Notes under the pieces: model-generated | What the model saw: the letters and a program-made list of their open reading frames with translations, nothing else | What the model was told of the DNA's origin: nothing | The model's database searches: none | Position numbers and translations under genes: made by a program | Origin: Planctomycetota bacterium | GTDB lineage: Bacteria; Planctomycetota; SZUA-567; H5-PLA8 | DNA length: 64,000 bases | Assembly: GCA_038227875.1 (NCBI GenBank) | Contig: JBBRPR010000004.1 | Location: 1 to 64,000, forward strand | Reading direction: 5' to 3' | Shown: positions 28,826 to 39,207 of the stretch, piece by piece | How positions within the stretch are numbered: the stretch's first letter is position 1 | Layout: each line of letters opens with the position of its first letter

Positions 28826-29614
28826 CGCCTGGCTCTCCAATTTGAAGTCGAGCACGGAGTATGAAATATTTTGCGGCACGTCGCGCCGACCCATCAATAG
28901 ATTTATTCCGAGACAAAGCATCATATTGGAACCAATGGACGCGGTTGGATACATGGAAGCGTGACCGCCTTCCAATGAGATTGTACGGTCGATGTTTTCC
29001 ACATCCACCGGCTTCGTGGCGCGGTCGTTGTTGTCAAAACGATAGTAATCAGCCCAAACTTTGGACTTATTTGAAATGCGATTGGAGCAATTAAGACAGG
29101 GACTGGAGTTGCCGTCCATCCAGGAGATCCGGGTGGTTGTTCCGGAGAGTACGCACGTTCCTCCGAGGATCGCGGGTTTACGCAGGCGTTGGCAGGCATC
29201 GACGGCGAAAAATGTGGTGTGCGGTTGATCGACAACAATAAAGACGAGATCAGCTTTGCCAACCAAGGCGCCAAATCGGCGGCGCTCATTAAGTATATTG
29301 AAGTCGTGTGTCTCTATCCTGGAGCGAAGGTTATGTGCCGACAGGGCAGTTCGGGCCGCATCAGCCTTGCGTTGTCCGACGTCGGCTGCCGTATACAAGA
29401 CCTGGCGTGTCAGGTTTGATGGCGAAACACGATCGCAATCCACTCCCACAATTTCCGCAAATCCCATCCGCGCGGCCGCTAATGCGAGGTGAGAACCATT
29501 TCCGCCAAGCCCAACAATCAGCAGAGATTTTTGCGTGAGTTCTGGCGTGAAACTGGCATCAAACTCACCGATAAGATTCTGAGTTTCAAAAATATCGCCC
29601 ACGTCGGATTCCAT
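28790..29614 (-). CDS. ThiF/MoeB/HesA (E1-like) adenylyltransferase
   Basis: IVGLGGNGS, DCDRVSPSNLTRQ, VGQRKA, Zn motifs CLNC and CATC; AT-richer than flanks. Confidence 0.88.
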   Translation of the reverse strand: MESDVGDIFETQNLIGEFDASFTPELTQKSLLIVGLGGNGSHLALAAARMGFAEIVGVDCDRVSPSNLTRQVLYTAADVGQRKADAARTALSAHNLRSRIETHDFNILNERRRFGALVGKADLVFIVVDQPHTTFFAVDACQRLRKPAILGGTCVLSGTTTRISWMDGNSSPCLNCSNRISNKSKVWADYYRFDNNDRATKPVDVENIDRTISLEGGHASMYPTASIGSNMMLCLGINLLMGRRDVPQNISYSVLDFKLESQALVANPDCATCR

Positions 29615-29705
29615 CGAATGTGGACTTGCCGGTCGCTAATAATGGACACGTATGTGCCCATCAACGCAAACGATAAGGATAGACTGTGTGAATTCTGAGC
29701 GGCGT

Positions 29706-32246
29706 TCACACTTCCGCCGTCTCCGCTTCCGCCGGCTCCATCTCGGCCTGTGTCTTCAGGAAGACCACGAGGTCGAGCTTGTTCTTGCCGTCGATCTCCA
29801 CCCACTGCGCCATGGCCTGTTCGCCCAGCGCGTTGAGTTCCGGCGGCAGATCCATCGCCGCGCGACACTTCGGGAAGTTCGAGCAGCTTAAGAAAGGCCG
29901 CCGCGTCTTGCCGCGCGAAGTTACGCGCACCACCAGCGGGCTCTTGCACTTTTCGCACAAGCGGTCCGTCGGAATCGGCTTGAACTTGCGGATCGGGTGA
30001 CCTTCCTTGTTCAGCTTCATCGTGAAGGTGCACTTCTTTTCCGGATACTGGACGCAGTGCAGGTACGGCCCGAAGCGGCCGGTGCTCTTGACCACGTCGC
30101 TGCCGCAGATGTCGCACTTGATGCCGGTCGGCTTGGGGCCTTCCTTCTTGGTGATGTTGCCCTGTGCGTCGAGATCGAGCATCACCTTGCATTCCGGCGA
30201 GCGCGTGCAGCGCAGGTAGTAGCCGAACTTGCTCAGGCGCTTTTCCATCGGCGAGCCGCAGTCGGGACACTTGATGTCCGTCTTCTCGCCCTGCGCCTTG
30301 GTGCTCTTCATGTTCTTCTTGGCGAGCAGGTAATCGCGTTCGAAGGGTCCGAAGAAGTCGGCGATGACCTGCTTCCAATCGCATTCCTTCTTCTCGATTT
30401 TGTCGAGCTCCGTCTCCATGTCGCGCGTGAACCCCAGCTCCATGATCGACGGGAAATGCCCGGAGAGGCGCTCGGTGACGACGGTGCCCAGCGGCGTGGC
30501 CATGAACGCGCCGCGGCCGCCGGTGCCCATCTTTTTCGAGTAGCCCACGTCCTGGATGCGCGAGATGATCGCCGAGTACGTGGACGGCCGGCCGATGCCT
30601 TCGCGTTCGAGTTTCTTGACCAGGCTCGCTTCCGTATAGCGCGGCGGCGGCTGGGTGAAATGTTCTTCGGGCGTGATCCGTTCGAGCTTCGGGTTGTCGC
30701 CGACTTTCATCGCCGGGAGCAACTGCGGGCCGGCTGGCTTTTTCTTGGCGGGAGCCGGCGCGTCGGACTTCTTGGCGCTGGCGCCATCGTCTTCGGCGTC
30801 GGGATTGGAATCGGTTTCGTCGCCCTTTTCACGGTCGACAGCCGACGCTTCCACGTGGCTTGCCGCAGCGGCTGCTCCGCCTTGAGCCGCCAGCCAGCCG
30901 TCGAATTTCAGCACGCGGCCGTTGGCGCGGAAGACCGCGTTGCGCGTGTTGGCACCCTGCGCCTGGATGTCGGCGGTCGTCGCATCGAAGACGGCCGGAA
31001 CCATCTGGCAGGCGATGAAGCGCTGGTAGATCAGGCGGTAGAGCTTGTACTGCTCTTCGGTCAGGTGCGTCTTCGCCTGCTCGGGATCGATCTCCACGTG
31101 AGTCGGGCGGATACATTCGTGCGCTTCCTGCGCGCCGGAACGGGAAGCGTAGACGTTCGGTTTTTCCGGAACGTACTTCGCGCCAAAACGCTTCTCGATC
31201 GTGTCGCGGCATTCCTTCAGCGCGTCGGCGCTGATGCGGAACGAGTCGGTTCTCATGTAGGTGATGAGCGCCGTCGGGCCGTCATCGCCCAACGCCACGC
31301 CTTCGTACAACTGCTGAGCGACGCGCATCGTCCGCTTGGCATCAAAGCCGAGACGGTTGGCGGCGGCCTGCTGCAACTGGCTGGTCGCGAACGGCGGGTA
31401 CGGGCGGTCGACGACTTCCTTCACTTCGTAAAAGCTGACCGCGTACTTGGCGGGCTTGAGCACGCTGACGATGGATTCGGCTTCCGCCTTGTCGGGGATC
31501 AGGATGCGCACGATGCCCGACGCGCCGACTTGCCCCTGCCCGACTTTGTACTTGGCGAGATCTTCAGCGCTGGAAACGACTTGGCGGCCGTCCAAGGCGC
31601 GCAGAGAGGCCTCGAAATTTTTGCCTTCCCACGAGAAAGTTGCGCCGACGGTCCAGTAGGGTTCGGCGCGGAACGCCTGGATTTCTTTCTCGCGATCGAC
31701 CAGCAGTTTGACGGCGACGGATTGCACACGTCCAGCCGACAATCCCTGGACGATCTTGTCCCATAATAAAGGGGAGAGTTTGTACCCCACAATGCGATCC
31801 AGGACACGACGTGCTTCTTGCGAATTGACGCGATCCATGTCAATTGAGCGCGGATTGGACATCCCGGTCATAATGCCACGGGGCGTAATTTCGTCGAACG
31901 TGACACGCACAATGCGACTGTCGTCGAGATCCAAGGCCTGAGCAAGATGCCAGGCGATGGCCTCTCCTTCGCGGTCAGGGTCGGGGCAGAGGTAAACTTT
32001 GTCGGCGTCCTTGGCCGATTTCTTCAAGTCGTCGATTGCTTTTTTGGCCTTGTCCAAAGTCACGTAACTGGGCGTAAAGTCTTTGGCGATACCGGCTACG
32101 ATGGAATCCTTGGAGCTGGCCTTCTTGCTGGACGTGAGGTCGCGGACGTGGCCGAAGCTGGCTTTAACGACAAAGCCCTTCCCGAGGACCTTACTGATGG
32201 TCTTGATCTTTCCGGGGGACTCCACGATCACAAGATTCTTACCCAC
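29706..32246 (-). CDS. topA: DNA topoisomerase I (type IA) with three C-terminal Zn ribbons
   Basis: IVESPGK, DPDREGEAIAWH, SAGRVQS, catalytic ITYMRTDS, QEAHECIRP, GIGRPSTY; CPDC, CDIC and CEKC ribbons; GTG start. Confidence 0.98.
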   Translation of the reverse strand: MGKNLVIVESPGKIKTISKVLGKGFVVKASFGHVRDLTSSKKASSKDSIVAGIAKDFTPSYVTLDKAKKAIDDLKKSAKDADKVYLCPDPDREGEAIAWHLAQALDLDDSRIVRVTFDEITPRGIMTGMSNPRSIDMDRVNSQEARRVLDRIVGYKLSPLLWDKIVQGLSAGRVQSVAVKLLVDREKEIQAFRAEPYWTVGATFSWEGKNFEASLRALDGRQVVSSAEDLAKYKVGQGQVGASGIVRILIPDKAEAESIVSVLKPAKYAVSFYEVKEVVDRPYPPFATSQLQQAAANRLGFDAKRTMRVAQQLYEGVALGDDGPTALITYMRTDSFRISADALKECRDTIEKRFGAKYVPEKPNVYASRSGAQEAHECIRPTHVEIDPEQAKTHLTEEQYKLYRLIYQRFIACQMVPAVFDATTADIQAQGANTRNAVFRANGRVLKFDGWLAAQGGAAAAASHVEASAVDREKGDETDSNPDAEDDGASAKKSDAPAPAKKKPAGPQLLPAMKVGDNPKLERITPEEHFTQPPPRYTEASLVKKLEREGIGRPSTYSAIISRIQDVGYSKKMGTGGRGAFMATPLGTVVTERLSGHFPSIMELGFTRDMETELDKIEKKECDWKQVIADFFGPFERDYLLAKKNMKSTKAQGEKTDIKCPDCGSPMEKRLSKFGYYLRCTRSPECKVMLDLDAQGNITKKEGPKPTGIKCDICGSDVVKSTGRFGPYLHCVQYPEKKCTFTMKLNKEGHPIRKFKPIPTDRLCEKCKSPLVVRVTSRGKTRRPFLSCSNFPKCRAAMDLPPELNALGEQAMAQWVEIDGKNKLDLVVFLKTQAEMEPAEAETAEV

Positions 32247-32613
32247 GTCGTATCCCTTCTTTACTGTCTGGAACGCTGCCCCACTGAATTAGTGGGCACA
32301 CGTAGCAAGCGGCGGACTTCTAGCAAAAATGATTTACCGAAGTCAAGAACTAAGTCGGCATTTAATTATTCGCACCCATAGAGAAATCTTTGCACAAGTG
32401 CACAATCTACGATGTGCAGAAAGACGGCCTGGGGCATCCAAGGAGCCTAAATAGGTATGTTTTGGAGGCCGGCTTTTATTGCGCATTGCGGAGCACCGAT
32501 TCCCAATTGCAATGGTTAACTCGGCCTCCGCAGGTCCGAAAGACAGATAGTGCAGCTGGGAACGATTCCCTATGGACACGGTCTGGTTTTAGTTCATTAT
32601 CTGTCGGGTATAT

Positions 32614-34839
32614 ATGGCGATATCGCGCAAGCTGGTTGTCCGCTTATTCATGACCTTTGCCGCAGCCGCGGTCGGCATGGCTGTTTATGAGCTGCTCAAA
32701 CAAACACTCTGGCCCGACATCTCGCTCTGGGAATCCCATACACTCACGGTTTTTTTCAGCGCGATGATCGCGCTGGTCGCGGCGTTTTACGTGCTGCGGC
32801 AGGCGGAGATCCAGAACCAGCGCCTGGAAGCGGAACTCGCCGAGCGCGTCCGCATCGACGAACTGCTGCGTGTGCGCGAAGAGGACCTGCGCATCACGCT
32901 CAATTCCATCGGCGATGCCGTCATCGCCACCAACACGGACGGACACGTCACGCGCATGAACGCGGTGGCCGAACGGCTCACGGGCTGGACGTTGGCCGAG
33001 GGCGCAGGACGGCCGCTCGAAGAGGTGTTCAAGATCCGGTCTGAAACCACCGGCGCGACGGTGGAGAACCCGGTGAAGAAAGTGCTGCGCGACGGCATCA
33101 TCGTCGGGCTGGCCAACCACACGGAGCTGGTGTCGAAGAGCGGATCGGTCGTGCCGATTGCCGACAGCGCGGCGCCGATCCGCGGACCCAACGGAATCTG
33201 CGGCGTGGTGCTGGTCTTCCGCGATCAGAGCGACGAGCGCAAGGCCGAGCAGCAGCTGGTGGAATCGGAGGCCCGCTGCCGCGCGCTGATTGAGCACGCG
33301 CCGGAAGCCATCGTGGTGCTCGACTGCGACACGGGAAAGTTCGACGACTGCAACACCAATGCGACGATGCTCTTCGGAATGACTCGCGAGACGCTGCTGA
33401 GCAAGGGGCCTCTGGAGCTCAGCCCGCCCACGCAGCCCAACGGCCGTTCGTCGGCGGAGTGGGCTCAGGAGAACATAGGCCAGGCATTGGCGGGAAAAGT
33501 TCCGGCGTTCGACTGGACGCACCGCACGGCGGACGGCAAGGACTTCGAGTGTGCGGTCCGCCTGATCAAGCTGCCGTCGGAAACGCGGCGGCTGGTGCGC
33601 GGCAGCATCACCGACGTGACGCAACTGCGCAAACTGCAGTCGCACGTCGAACAGTGGCAGAAAATCGAGAGCATCGGGCGGCTGGCCGGCGGCGTCGCGC
33701 ACGACTTCAATAATCTGCTGACGTCGATCACCGGCTTCGCGGAACTGGCTGGGATGAAATCCAAGGACCCCGCCGTCACGCATCATCTCGACCGCATCCT
33801 GGAAGCCTCGCACCGGGGCGCGGGGCTGACGCAACAACTGCTCGCCTTTGCCCGCAAAAAGATGGTGACGCCCGAACTACTCGACGTCAACCGGGTGCTC
33901 AAACGCATGGAGGCGATGCTGCAGCGGCTGATCGGCGAGGACATCGACCTGTCGATCAAGCCCGCGGCGGAACTGGGCACCGTGAACATCGACGCCGGGA
34001 GCCTGGAGCAGGTGATCATGAACCTGGCGGTCAACGCGCGCGACGCGATGCCGCGCGGCGGCACGCTGACGATGGAGACGGTCGTCGAAGAACTCGACGC
34101 CGACTACACGGCCGCCAATCCGGAAGTGGTGCCGGGGACGTACGTGCGGCTGGCGGTAAGCGATTCCGGGTCGGGTATGTCGAAGGAGACGCTGGGCCGG
34201 ATTTTCGAGCCGTTCTTCACCACCAAGCCCGTGGGCAAGGGGACGGGATTGGGGCTGGCGACCTGCCATGGCATCGTCAAGCAGGCCGGAGGCCACATCG
34301 CCGTCTACAGCGAAGTGGGCCGCGGCACGGCGATCAAGATCTACCTGCCGCGCCACGCCGCCGCCGCCGTTTCCGCCCCGGCTCAGACGGCCGAAGCACT
34401 TCAGCACAAAGCCGGTTCAGAGACACTGCTGGTGGTCGAAGACGACCCGCTGATCCGCGAGTACGTCGGAGAATTGCTGCAGGGCGTCGGCTACGACGTG
34501 ATTGTCGCCGCCGATGGCCCCAAGGCGCTGCACAAAGCTGCCGCAGCCGGTCGGCCGCTTCACCTGATGCTGACGGACGTGGTGATGCCCGGGATGAGCG
34601 GCAGTCAGCTCGCGGAGAAGATGGTGGAGCTCTACCCGAATCTGATTGTGCTCTACAGTTCCGGCTACACCAACGACGCGATCGTGCGGCACGGAGTATT
34701 GCAGGACAACGTGAATTTCATTCAGAAGCCGTACAACGCCGCCGCGCTGACGCAGCGGATCCGCAAGCTGTTGGACGAGCGCGCGACGGCGTTGGGCGAA
34801 CGGTCGTTGGCCGGTCCGGGGGGAGAGCGGAAGGACTGA
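32614..34839 (+). CDS. Hybrid sensor kinase (2 TM, PAS-PAS, HisKA, HATPase, receiver)
   Basis: [62 protein letters not shown]. Confidence 0.95.
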   Translation: MAISRKLVVRLFMTFAAAAVGMAVYELLKQTLWPDISLWESHTLTVFFSAMIALVAAFYVLRQAEIQNQRLEAELAERVRIDELLRVREEDLRITLNSIGDAVIATNTDGHVTRMNAVAERLTGWTLAEGAGRPLEEVFKIRSETTGATVENPVKKVLRDGIIVGLANHTELVSKSGSVVPIADSAAPIRGPNGICGVVLVFRDQSDERKAEQQLVESEARCRALIEHAPEAIVVLDCDTGKFDDCNTNATMLFGMTRETLLSKGPLELSPPTQPNGRSSAEWAQENIGQALAGKVPAFDWTHRTADGKDFECAVRLIKLPSETRRLVRGSITDVTQLRKLQSHVEQWQKIESIGRLAGGVAHDFNNLLTSITGFAELAGMKSKDPAVTHHLDRILEASHRGAGLTQQLLAFARKKMVTPELLDVNRVLKRMEAMLQRLIGEDIDLSIKPAAELGTVNIDAGSLEQVIMNLAVNARDAMPRGGTLTMETVVEELDADYTAANPEVVPGTYVRLAVSDSGSGMSKETLGRIFEPFFTTKPVGKGTGLGLATCHGIVKQAGGHIAVYSEVGRGTAIKIYLPRHAAAAVSAPAQTAEALQHKAGSETLLVVEDDPLIREYVGELLQGVGYDVIVAADGPKALHKAAAAGRPLHLMLTDVVMPGMSGSQLAEKMVELYPNLIVLYSSGYTNDAIVRHGVLQDNVNFIQKPYNAAALTQRIRKLLDERATALGERSLAGPGGERKD

Positions 34840-34854
34840 GTGGATGCACCGAAC

Positions 34855-37416
34855 TCAGGGTGCCTTCACCACCTTCGCCAATTTCCCCTTCAACAACGCT
34901 TTGCTAACGGTGAATTCCACGGACGCATTGGCACTGAACGAACCATTCTGCCGATAGATCGCCAACGGTAAATCCTGCTTGCCTGACGGAGTGGAAGAGG
35001 AGAGCGGAAAGCCGCTTTGCAGCAGCGCAGCACCGAGCGTGCTTTTGGCCAGCGTCACGGTGAATTTCGAGATGCCGTTTTTGGGTGCGCTGATTGAAAA
35101 TTTGTCCTTGGAGCTGGACGTCGATTTTCCTTTCCCGTCGACAACGAACGAGCGCACGATGGCTCCACTGTCGCCGATCGCCACCACGATGGCCTGCTTG
35201 GCGCTCAAGCGGCCGAAGTCTTCGATCTCTCCGCTGAACGAAAGCGTGTCATTGCTGGATGGCGTGGTGCCGACGTTGATTCCGGCTTTCAGCGTCTTGA
35301 CGGTGAATGTGCCGGACGGAGCGAGAGGGTCGATCGTAAAACCCAACTGGGAATCGGCCAGCGCGGCGGCTGTTACCTGATCGTTCAGACCGTCGCCGTC
35401 GCCATCGGGAATCTGGAGCGAGCCGTCGGCGGCGATGATAAAACGCTGCCGGTTGAGCGCCGGCAGGTGCCGCAGGTCGCCTTCGTAGCCGGAGAGTAAT
35501 TCGTACGCGCCGGGCGGCAGCACCGGGGTCTCAAAGCGAGCCATGCTGCGAATGCCGTCCGCCAGCGGATTGAGCACCACGCCTGTCAACACCTGCTCGG
35601 TTGCGTCGGGCTTTTTGATTTTTAAGGCGACCGTGCCGAACGGTGAGCCCGGATTGCTCAGCAGCGGATTGTTCACCACGAAAAGATCTTCCTTGAGCGT
35701 GAACGGCAGCGTGGTGGTGAGGACGTCGTTCTGGCGGCTGAAGCGGATGACGGTCGGCCAGCGCCCGACATTGACGGTGATCTGGTTCGAGACGCTGGGG
35801 CGTAAAATGGCGTTGCCGGAGTAGGCGGTCTGATATGTATAGGTGCCTTCCACGCGGTTCTCAAACAAGGTCGTGTCGCCGTTGGGAAGCACGACCGGCT
35901 GCGGAGCCTGATTGTTTTGCAGGCCCGCGGGCAACGGGACGACAAGCTGGTACTGATGCGTACCCCCGACGCAATCGAGAACCGGCGTGGTGCGCGCTTT
36001 GATCGTGTAGGTGAAACCGGCGGGCGCGAAGAGGGGACCGGTGAGCGTTGTTTTCGATGGTTTCTTTTGGGAATCGGGGGTTACCGGTATGGGGTTGCCG
36101 CCACCGCCCCCGCCGGGGCCTTTGCCGCCGCCCTTAAAGAAGGCGGAGATGGAATTTTTGCGCGTGCCGTCGCCTTTGTAGCTGATGCTGACCGTCGCAC
36201 CGCCGCCGCCCAGCAGCGGGACCGATTTGCCTTCGCTGGCATTGCCGAAGGTGTCCCCAAATTCCGCGGTGCCGGTGGTCTTCAAAAATACAATCTTGTC
36301 GTTGGGATTGAGCGTGCCGCGCGGAAAAACGCTGGCGCCGGTGAGGTTCGCATCGTTGACTTCGATCGGCACCGTGAAGTCTTTCATCAGTCGCGGTGAG
36401 AAGACCGAGTCCGGCTTGAAATCCAGCAGGCCGTTGCAGGTCAGTGACTTGTCCACAAACAGCGCCGCCGACGGTCCCACGGTCAGGCTGGTGCACGAAC
36501 CGGCAAAGACGTTGAACACGGCGCTCCGGCCCAGCGTGATGGCCGTCTCCGTGCCGGTGAAGGTGTTGCTGGTGACCGAGCCGCTGTCGATGAAGAACGC
36601 GCAGGCGCCGTTGATCGTCGTATTGAGCGTGTAGCCGGCATCTCCGATTTTTCGAATCCGCGATCCGTTCAAGGCATTGAACGTGCCGCTATAGGAATTG
36701 GCGCGGCCGTTGGCCGGAAGGACGGACGCAGTGCCGATGGTCAGTGTGCGGACATCCAGGTCGACGGCTCCGCTGCCGATCAGCGTGCCGCAGGTGACGT
36801 CCGCGTTCAAGACCAGGCGCCCCTGCGAGATGTTGACCACCGCGGTAGGCGGAACGGCCAGCGGAGAAACAATGCGCACGGAATCGGTGGCGGTGGAGAT
36901 GCCCAATTGAAGAAATCCCGTGAACTTGTTTCCGCCAAACGCATCGAGGCCGTTCAATTCGTACGAACCGCCCGTCTGCGACTGCAGAAACACGTTGCAG
37001 ACGCCGCTCGGTCCATCGTTGATGGGACCGCTGATATCGATCAGGACGCCGGCCGTGTTGAAAAACGCGAGTTGCCCGTTGGACGAGAGAGGCATGTTCA
37101 GTTCAATGCGGCCCTGGGCTCCGCCAAACTGGGCGCAATCGATCTGATCGGTGACAATTTCATTGCCTTGGAGGATGAGATTCTTGCAATGGATATAGAG
37201 TCGGTGAAATTGCTTTGCCGGCAGATCGTTGGTGAGCGTTTGGTCATCCGCGGCCTGCGGAAACATCAGGTCGGCACCGTCTATAGGTACCTTGTCGTCG
37301 AGCCAATTGAGCGCGTTGGAGAATTTAGTGTCGCCACCGCCCCCATCCCAGGTCGATGCGTACAGCGAACCGCCCAAGCAGGCCGTAAACAGCAGGACCA
37401 CATAAAATCGTGACAT
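34855..37416 (-). CDS. Large secreted beta-helix/Ig-like surface protein (autotransporter-passenger-like)
   Basis: Signal peptide; TWDGGGGD..FSNALNW start; Gly/Ser/Thr-rich beta repeats; Ig-like YSGNA/YEGD motifs; DGDGDGLND Ca-binding-like motif; no C-terminal beta-barrel recognised. Confidence 0.7.
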   Translation of the reverse strand: MSRFYVVLLFTACLGGSLYASTWDGGGGDTKFSNALNWLDDKVPIDGADLMFPQAADDQTLTNDLPAKQFHRLYIHCKNLILQGNEIVTDQIDCAQFGGAQGRIELNMPLSSNGQLAFFNTAGVLIDISGPINDGPSGVCNVFLQSQTGGSYELNGLDAFGGNKFTGFLQLGISTATDSVRIVSPLAVPPTAVVNISQGRLVLNADVTCGTLIGSGAVDLDVRTLTIGTASVLPANGRANSYSGTFNALNGSRIRKIGDAGYTLNTTINGACAFFIDSGSVTSNTFTGTETAITLGRSAVFNVFAGSCTSLTVGPSAALFVDKSLTCNGLLDFKPDSVFSPRLMKDFTVPIEVNDANLTGASVFPRGTLNPNDKIVFLKTTGTAEFGDTFGNASEGKSVPLLGGGGATVSISYKGDGTRKNSISAFFKGGGKGPGGGGGGNPIPVTPDSQKKPSKTTLTGPLFAPAGFTYTIKARTTPVLDCVGGTHQYQLVVPLPAGLQNNQAPQPVVLPNGDTTLFENRVEGTYTYQTAYSGNAILRPSVSNQITVNVGRWPTVIRFSRQNDVLTTTLPFTLKEDLFVVNNPLLSNPGSPFGTVALKIKKPDATEQVLTGVVLNPLADGIRSMARFETPVLPPGAYELLSGYEGDLRHLPALNRQRFIIAADGSLQIPDGDGDGLNDQVTAAALADSQLGFTIDPLAPSGTFTVKTLKAGINVGTTPSSNDTLSFSGEIEDFGRLSAKQAIVVAIGDSGAIVRSFVVDGKGKSTSSSKDKFSISAPKNGISKFTVTLAKSTLGAALLQSGFPLSSSTPSGKQDLPLAIYRQNGSFSANASVEFTVSKALLKGKLAKVVKAP

Positions 37417-37606
37417 CGCCTTTGCCCCTCGCAATTTTCAGGTGAGATAACGAGACTTTGGCCGCGCCTGATTTTGTATTACTTTAGGAATCGCCATCCC
37501 ATTTACCATCTAATTTCATCGGCGAAAAAATCACTAATGCGTTCCGCGCCCTGTTCGGTAACATGAGTTCTCGGTTATCGTGAGACTCGATCGGGAAGCT
37601 TATTTT

Positions 37607-38452
37607 ATGTACAGCCGCCTGTTGATATGGATCACCTTACTCCTGTTTTCATACTCTGGCGTCCACGCGGAGACGATCGAGCTTGCCGCCGAAGACGACG
37701 CCGCGCCGTGGTCGCAGAAAGACGGCAGTGGTTACGCCAACGAAGTCGTCGTCGCCGCGTATAAGGCCGTCGGCATCGATGCCAAATTGCTGGTGATGCC
37801 TTACGCCCGTTGCAAACACATGGTCGTCGAAGGGGAAATCGCCGGCTGCTTCAGCATGGCGAAACTTCCCGAACTGGAAAAGACCGTCGCGTTCCCCGAC
37901 ACGCCGCTGTTTGTCTGCTACTCCGACTATTTTCAGAACGTGAACAAACCCATCGTGGCAAGACCTGTCGGTGCTCCCACCACTACCGCGACCGCGGCCA
38001 GTCTGCCGAAGGGTTCGCGCGTGGGGGCTGTCGAAGGCTACGAGTACCCCGCGGCGGTCTACGCGATGAAGGATGCGGGCGCAATCGTGATGGAAAATTG
38101 TGCATCCGAGGAGCTTAATCTGAAGAAACTGGCGGAGAGCCATCTCGACGCGGCGCTGATCAACTACAACGAAACAAAGCCCGAGGAATTTCTAATGATC
38201 AAAGCCGGCGTGACGGGAAAAGTCGAGGTGGCCTTCCACGCGGGCGCAATCGATGTGTTCATCGGCTTCAGCCGCAAGCACGCGCAGGGTCCGCGGGCGC
38301 TGGAAAAATACAACGCCGGCATGAAGCTGATTTCGGAAGACGGTACGCTGAAAGCCATCGAGAAAAAATGGGTGGAAATTGCCCGCAAGGACAGCGAGCA
38401 GCTCAAGAATAAATCACCCGCACCAGCCGATCAGAAGGCGGCGCAGCCTTGA
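37607..38452 (+). CDS. Periplasmic substrate-binding protein (family 3-like)
   Basis: Signal peptide; EDDAAPWS..DGSGYA, MPYARC, VGAVEGYEYP, FSRKH, DGTLKAIEKKW. Confidence 0.85.
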   Translation: MYSRLLIWITLLLFSYSGVHAETIELAAEDDAAPWSQKDGSGYANEVVVAAYKAVGIDAKLLVMPYARCKHMVVEGEIAGCFSMAKLPELEKTVAFPDTPLFVCYSDYFQNVNKPIVARPVGAPTTTATAASLPKGSRVGAVEGYEYPAAVYAMKDAGAIVMENCASEELNLKKLAESHLDAALINYNETKPEEFLMIKAGVTGKVEVAFHAGAIDVFIGFSRKHAQGPRALEKYNAGMKLISEDGTLKAIEKKWVEIARKDSEQLKNKSPAPADQKAAQP

Positions 38453-38571
38453 GGGGAAGGGCGGTATTGGGCATTTTTTTTTGGTCATTTAAGGAGAGCG
38501 GTGACCCTTTGCCAACCGCGCGTCCCGGTATAGGCTTATACCCGCCTTCCCTAAGGCTTAAATCCCGCTCC

Positions 38572-39207
38572 CTATTTATGTCTATTCTTGATGGCAAGAT
38601 ATGTTGCTATAGCGGTACGGAAATGAGTGTTCGGAGTTTGGATACTAAAATTACTGGCTTCGCCGGATCCGCCGACGAGTGGGGAATCAATTGGGGCATA
38701 GTGGCTCCCAAAAGGCAGTGCTCCCAATCGTTGCTGAACAGTGTTTAATCGATGGGGATCGGTAACTCCATCGGAGGTAGAAAGGATATTTGTGTAGAGT
38801 TCATCAAAATTATCAGATAGAACAAAAATTTCGTTTGTATCAACGATGTATAAAACTGCACGAACTATCTTATTTACAAAACGAAATCCAATTTGTTCGC
38901 CGAAGCATGTTTCGGCGAAGAACAGTGGACGCCCCTGATTCCATGCGGGCATCACATCCTTCCAAAAATCCTTTTTGTTCCAATCAATTAAGCTGTCGCG
39001 AGCATTGTCTTCGCCAGTGCCGAAAAAGTAGAGTTCTTTCTTTCCAAAATAACCGCAACCGAAGGTGTTCCAAAATTCAAGCAAGAGCTTTGGGGAGGGA
39101 ATCCCGAATTCCGCTGCGATTCTCGTCTCCATTTGCTGAGCAATTACTGGAAAGTGTGTGGTCTGTGGAAACGCATTTTTAAATCGATCAAACGCAGGAT
39201 TGGTCAT
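38572..39207 (-). CDS. Putative toxin immunity protein (SUKH/GAD-like N-terminus, Tdi1/DUF1851-like C-terminus)
   Basis: LLEFWNTFGCGYF, FFAETCFGEQI, LGALPFGSHYAP..PLVGGSG..SN; strongly AT-rich. Confidence 0.65.
   Translation of the reverse strand: MTNPAFDRFKNAFPQTTHFPVIAQQMETRIAAEFGIPSPKLLLEFWNTFGCGYFGKKELYFFGTGEDNARDSLIDWNKKDFWKDVMPAWNQGRPLFFAETCFGEQIGFRFVNKIVRAVLYIVDTNEIFVLSDNFDELYTNILSTSDGVTDPHRLNTVQQRLGALPFGSHYAPIDSPLVGGSGEASNFSIQTPNTHFRTAIATYLAIKNRHK

Noticed and set aside
32250..32610. Possible riboswitch or ncRNA in long intergenic regions (also 59650-60010)
   Set aside because: No recognisable consensus by eye; needs an Rfam/Infernal search.
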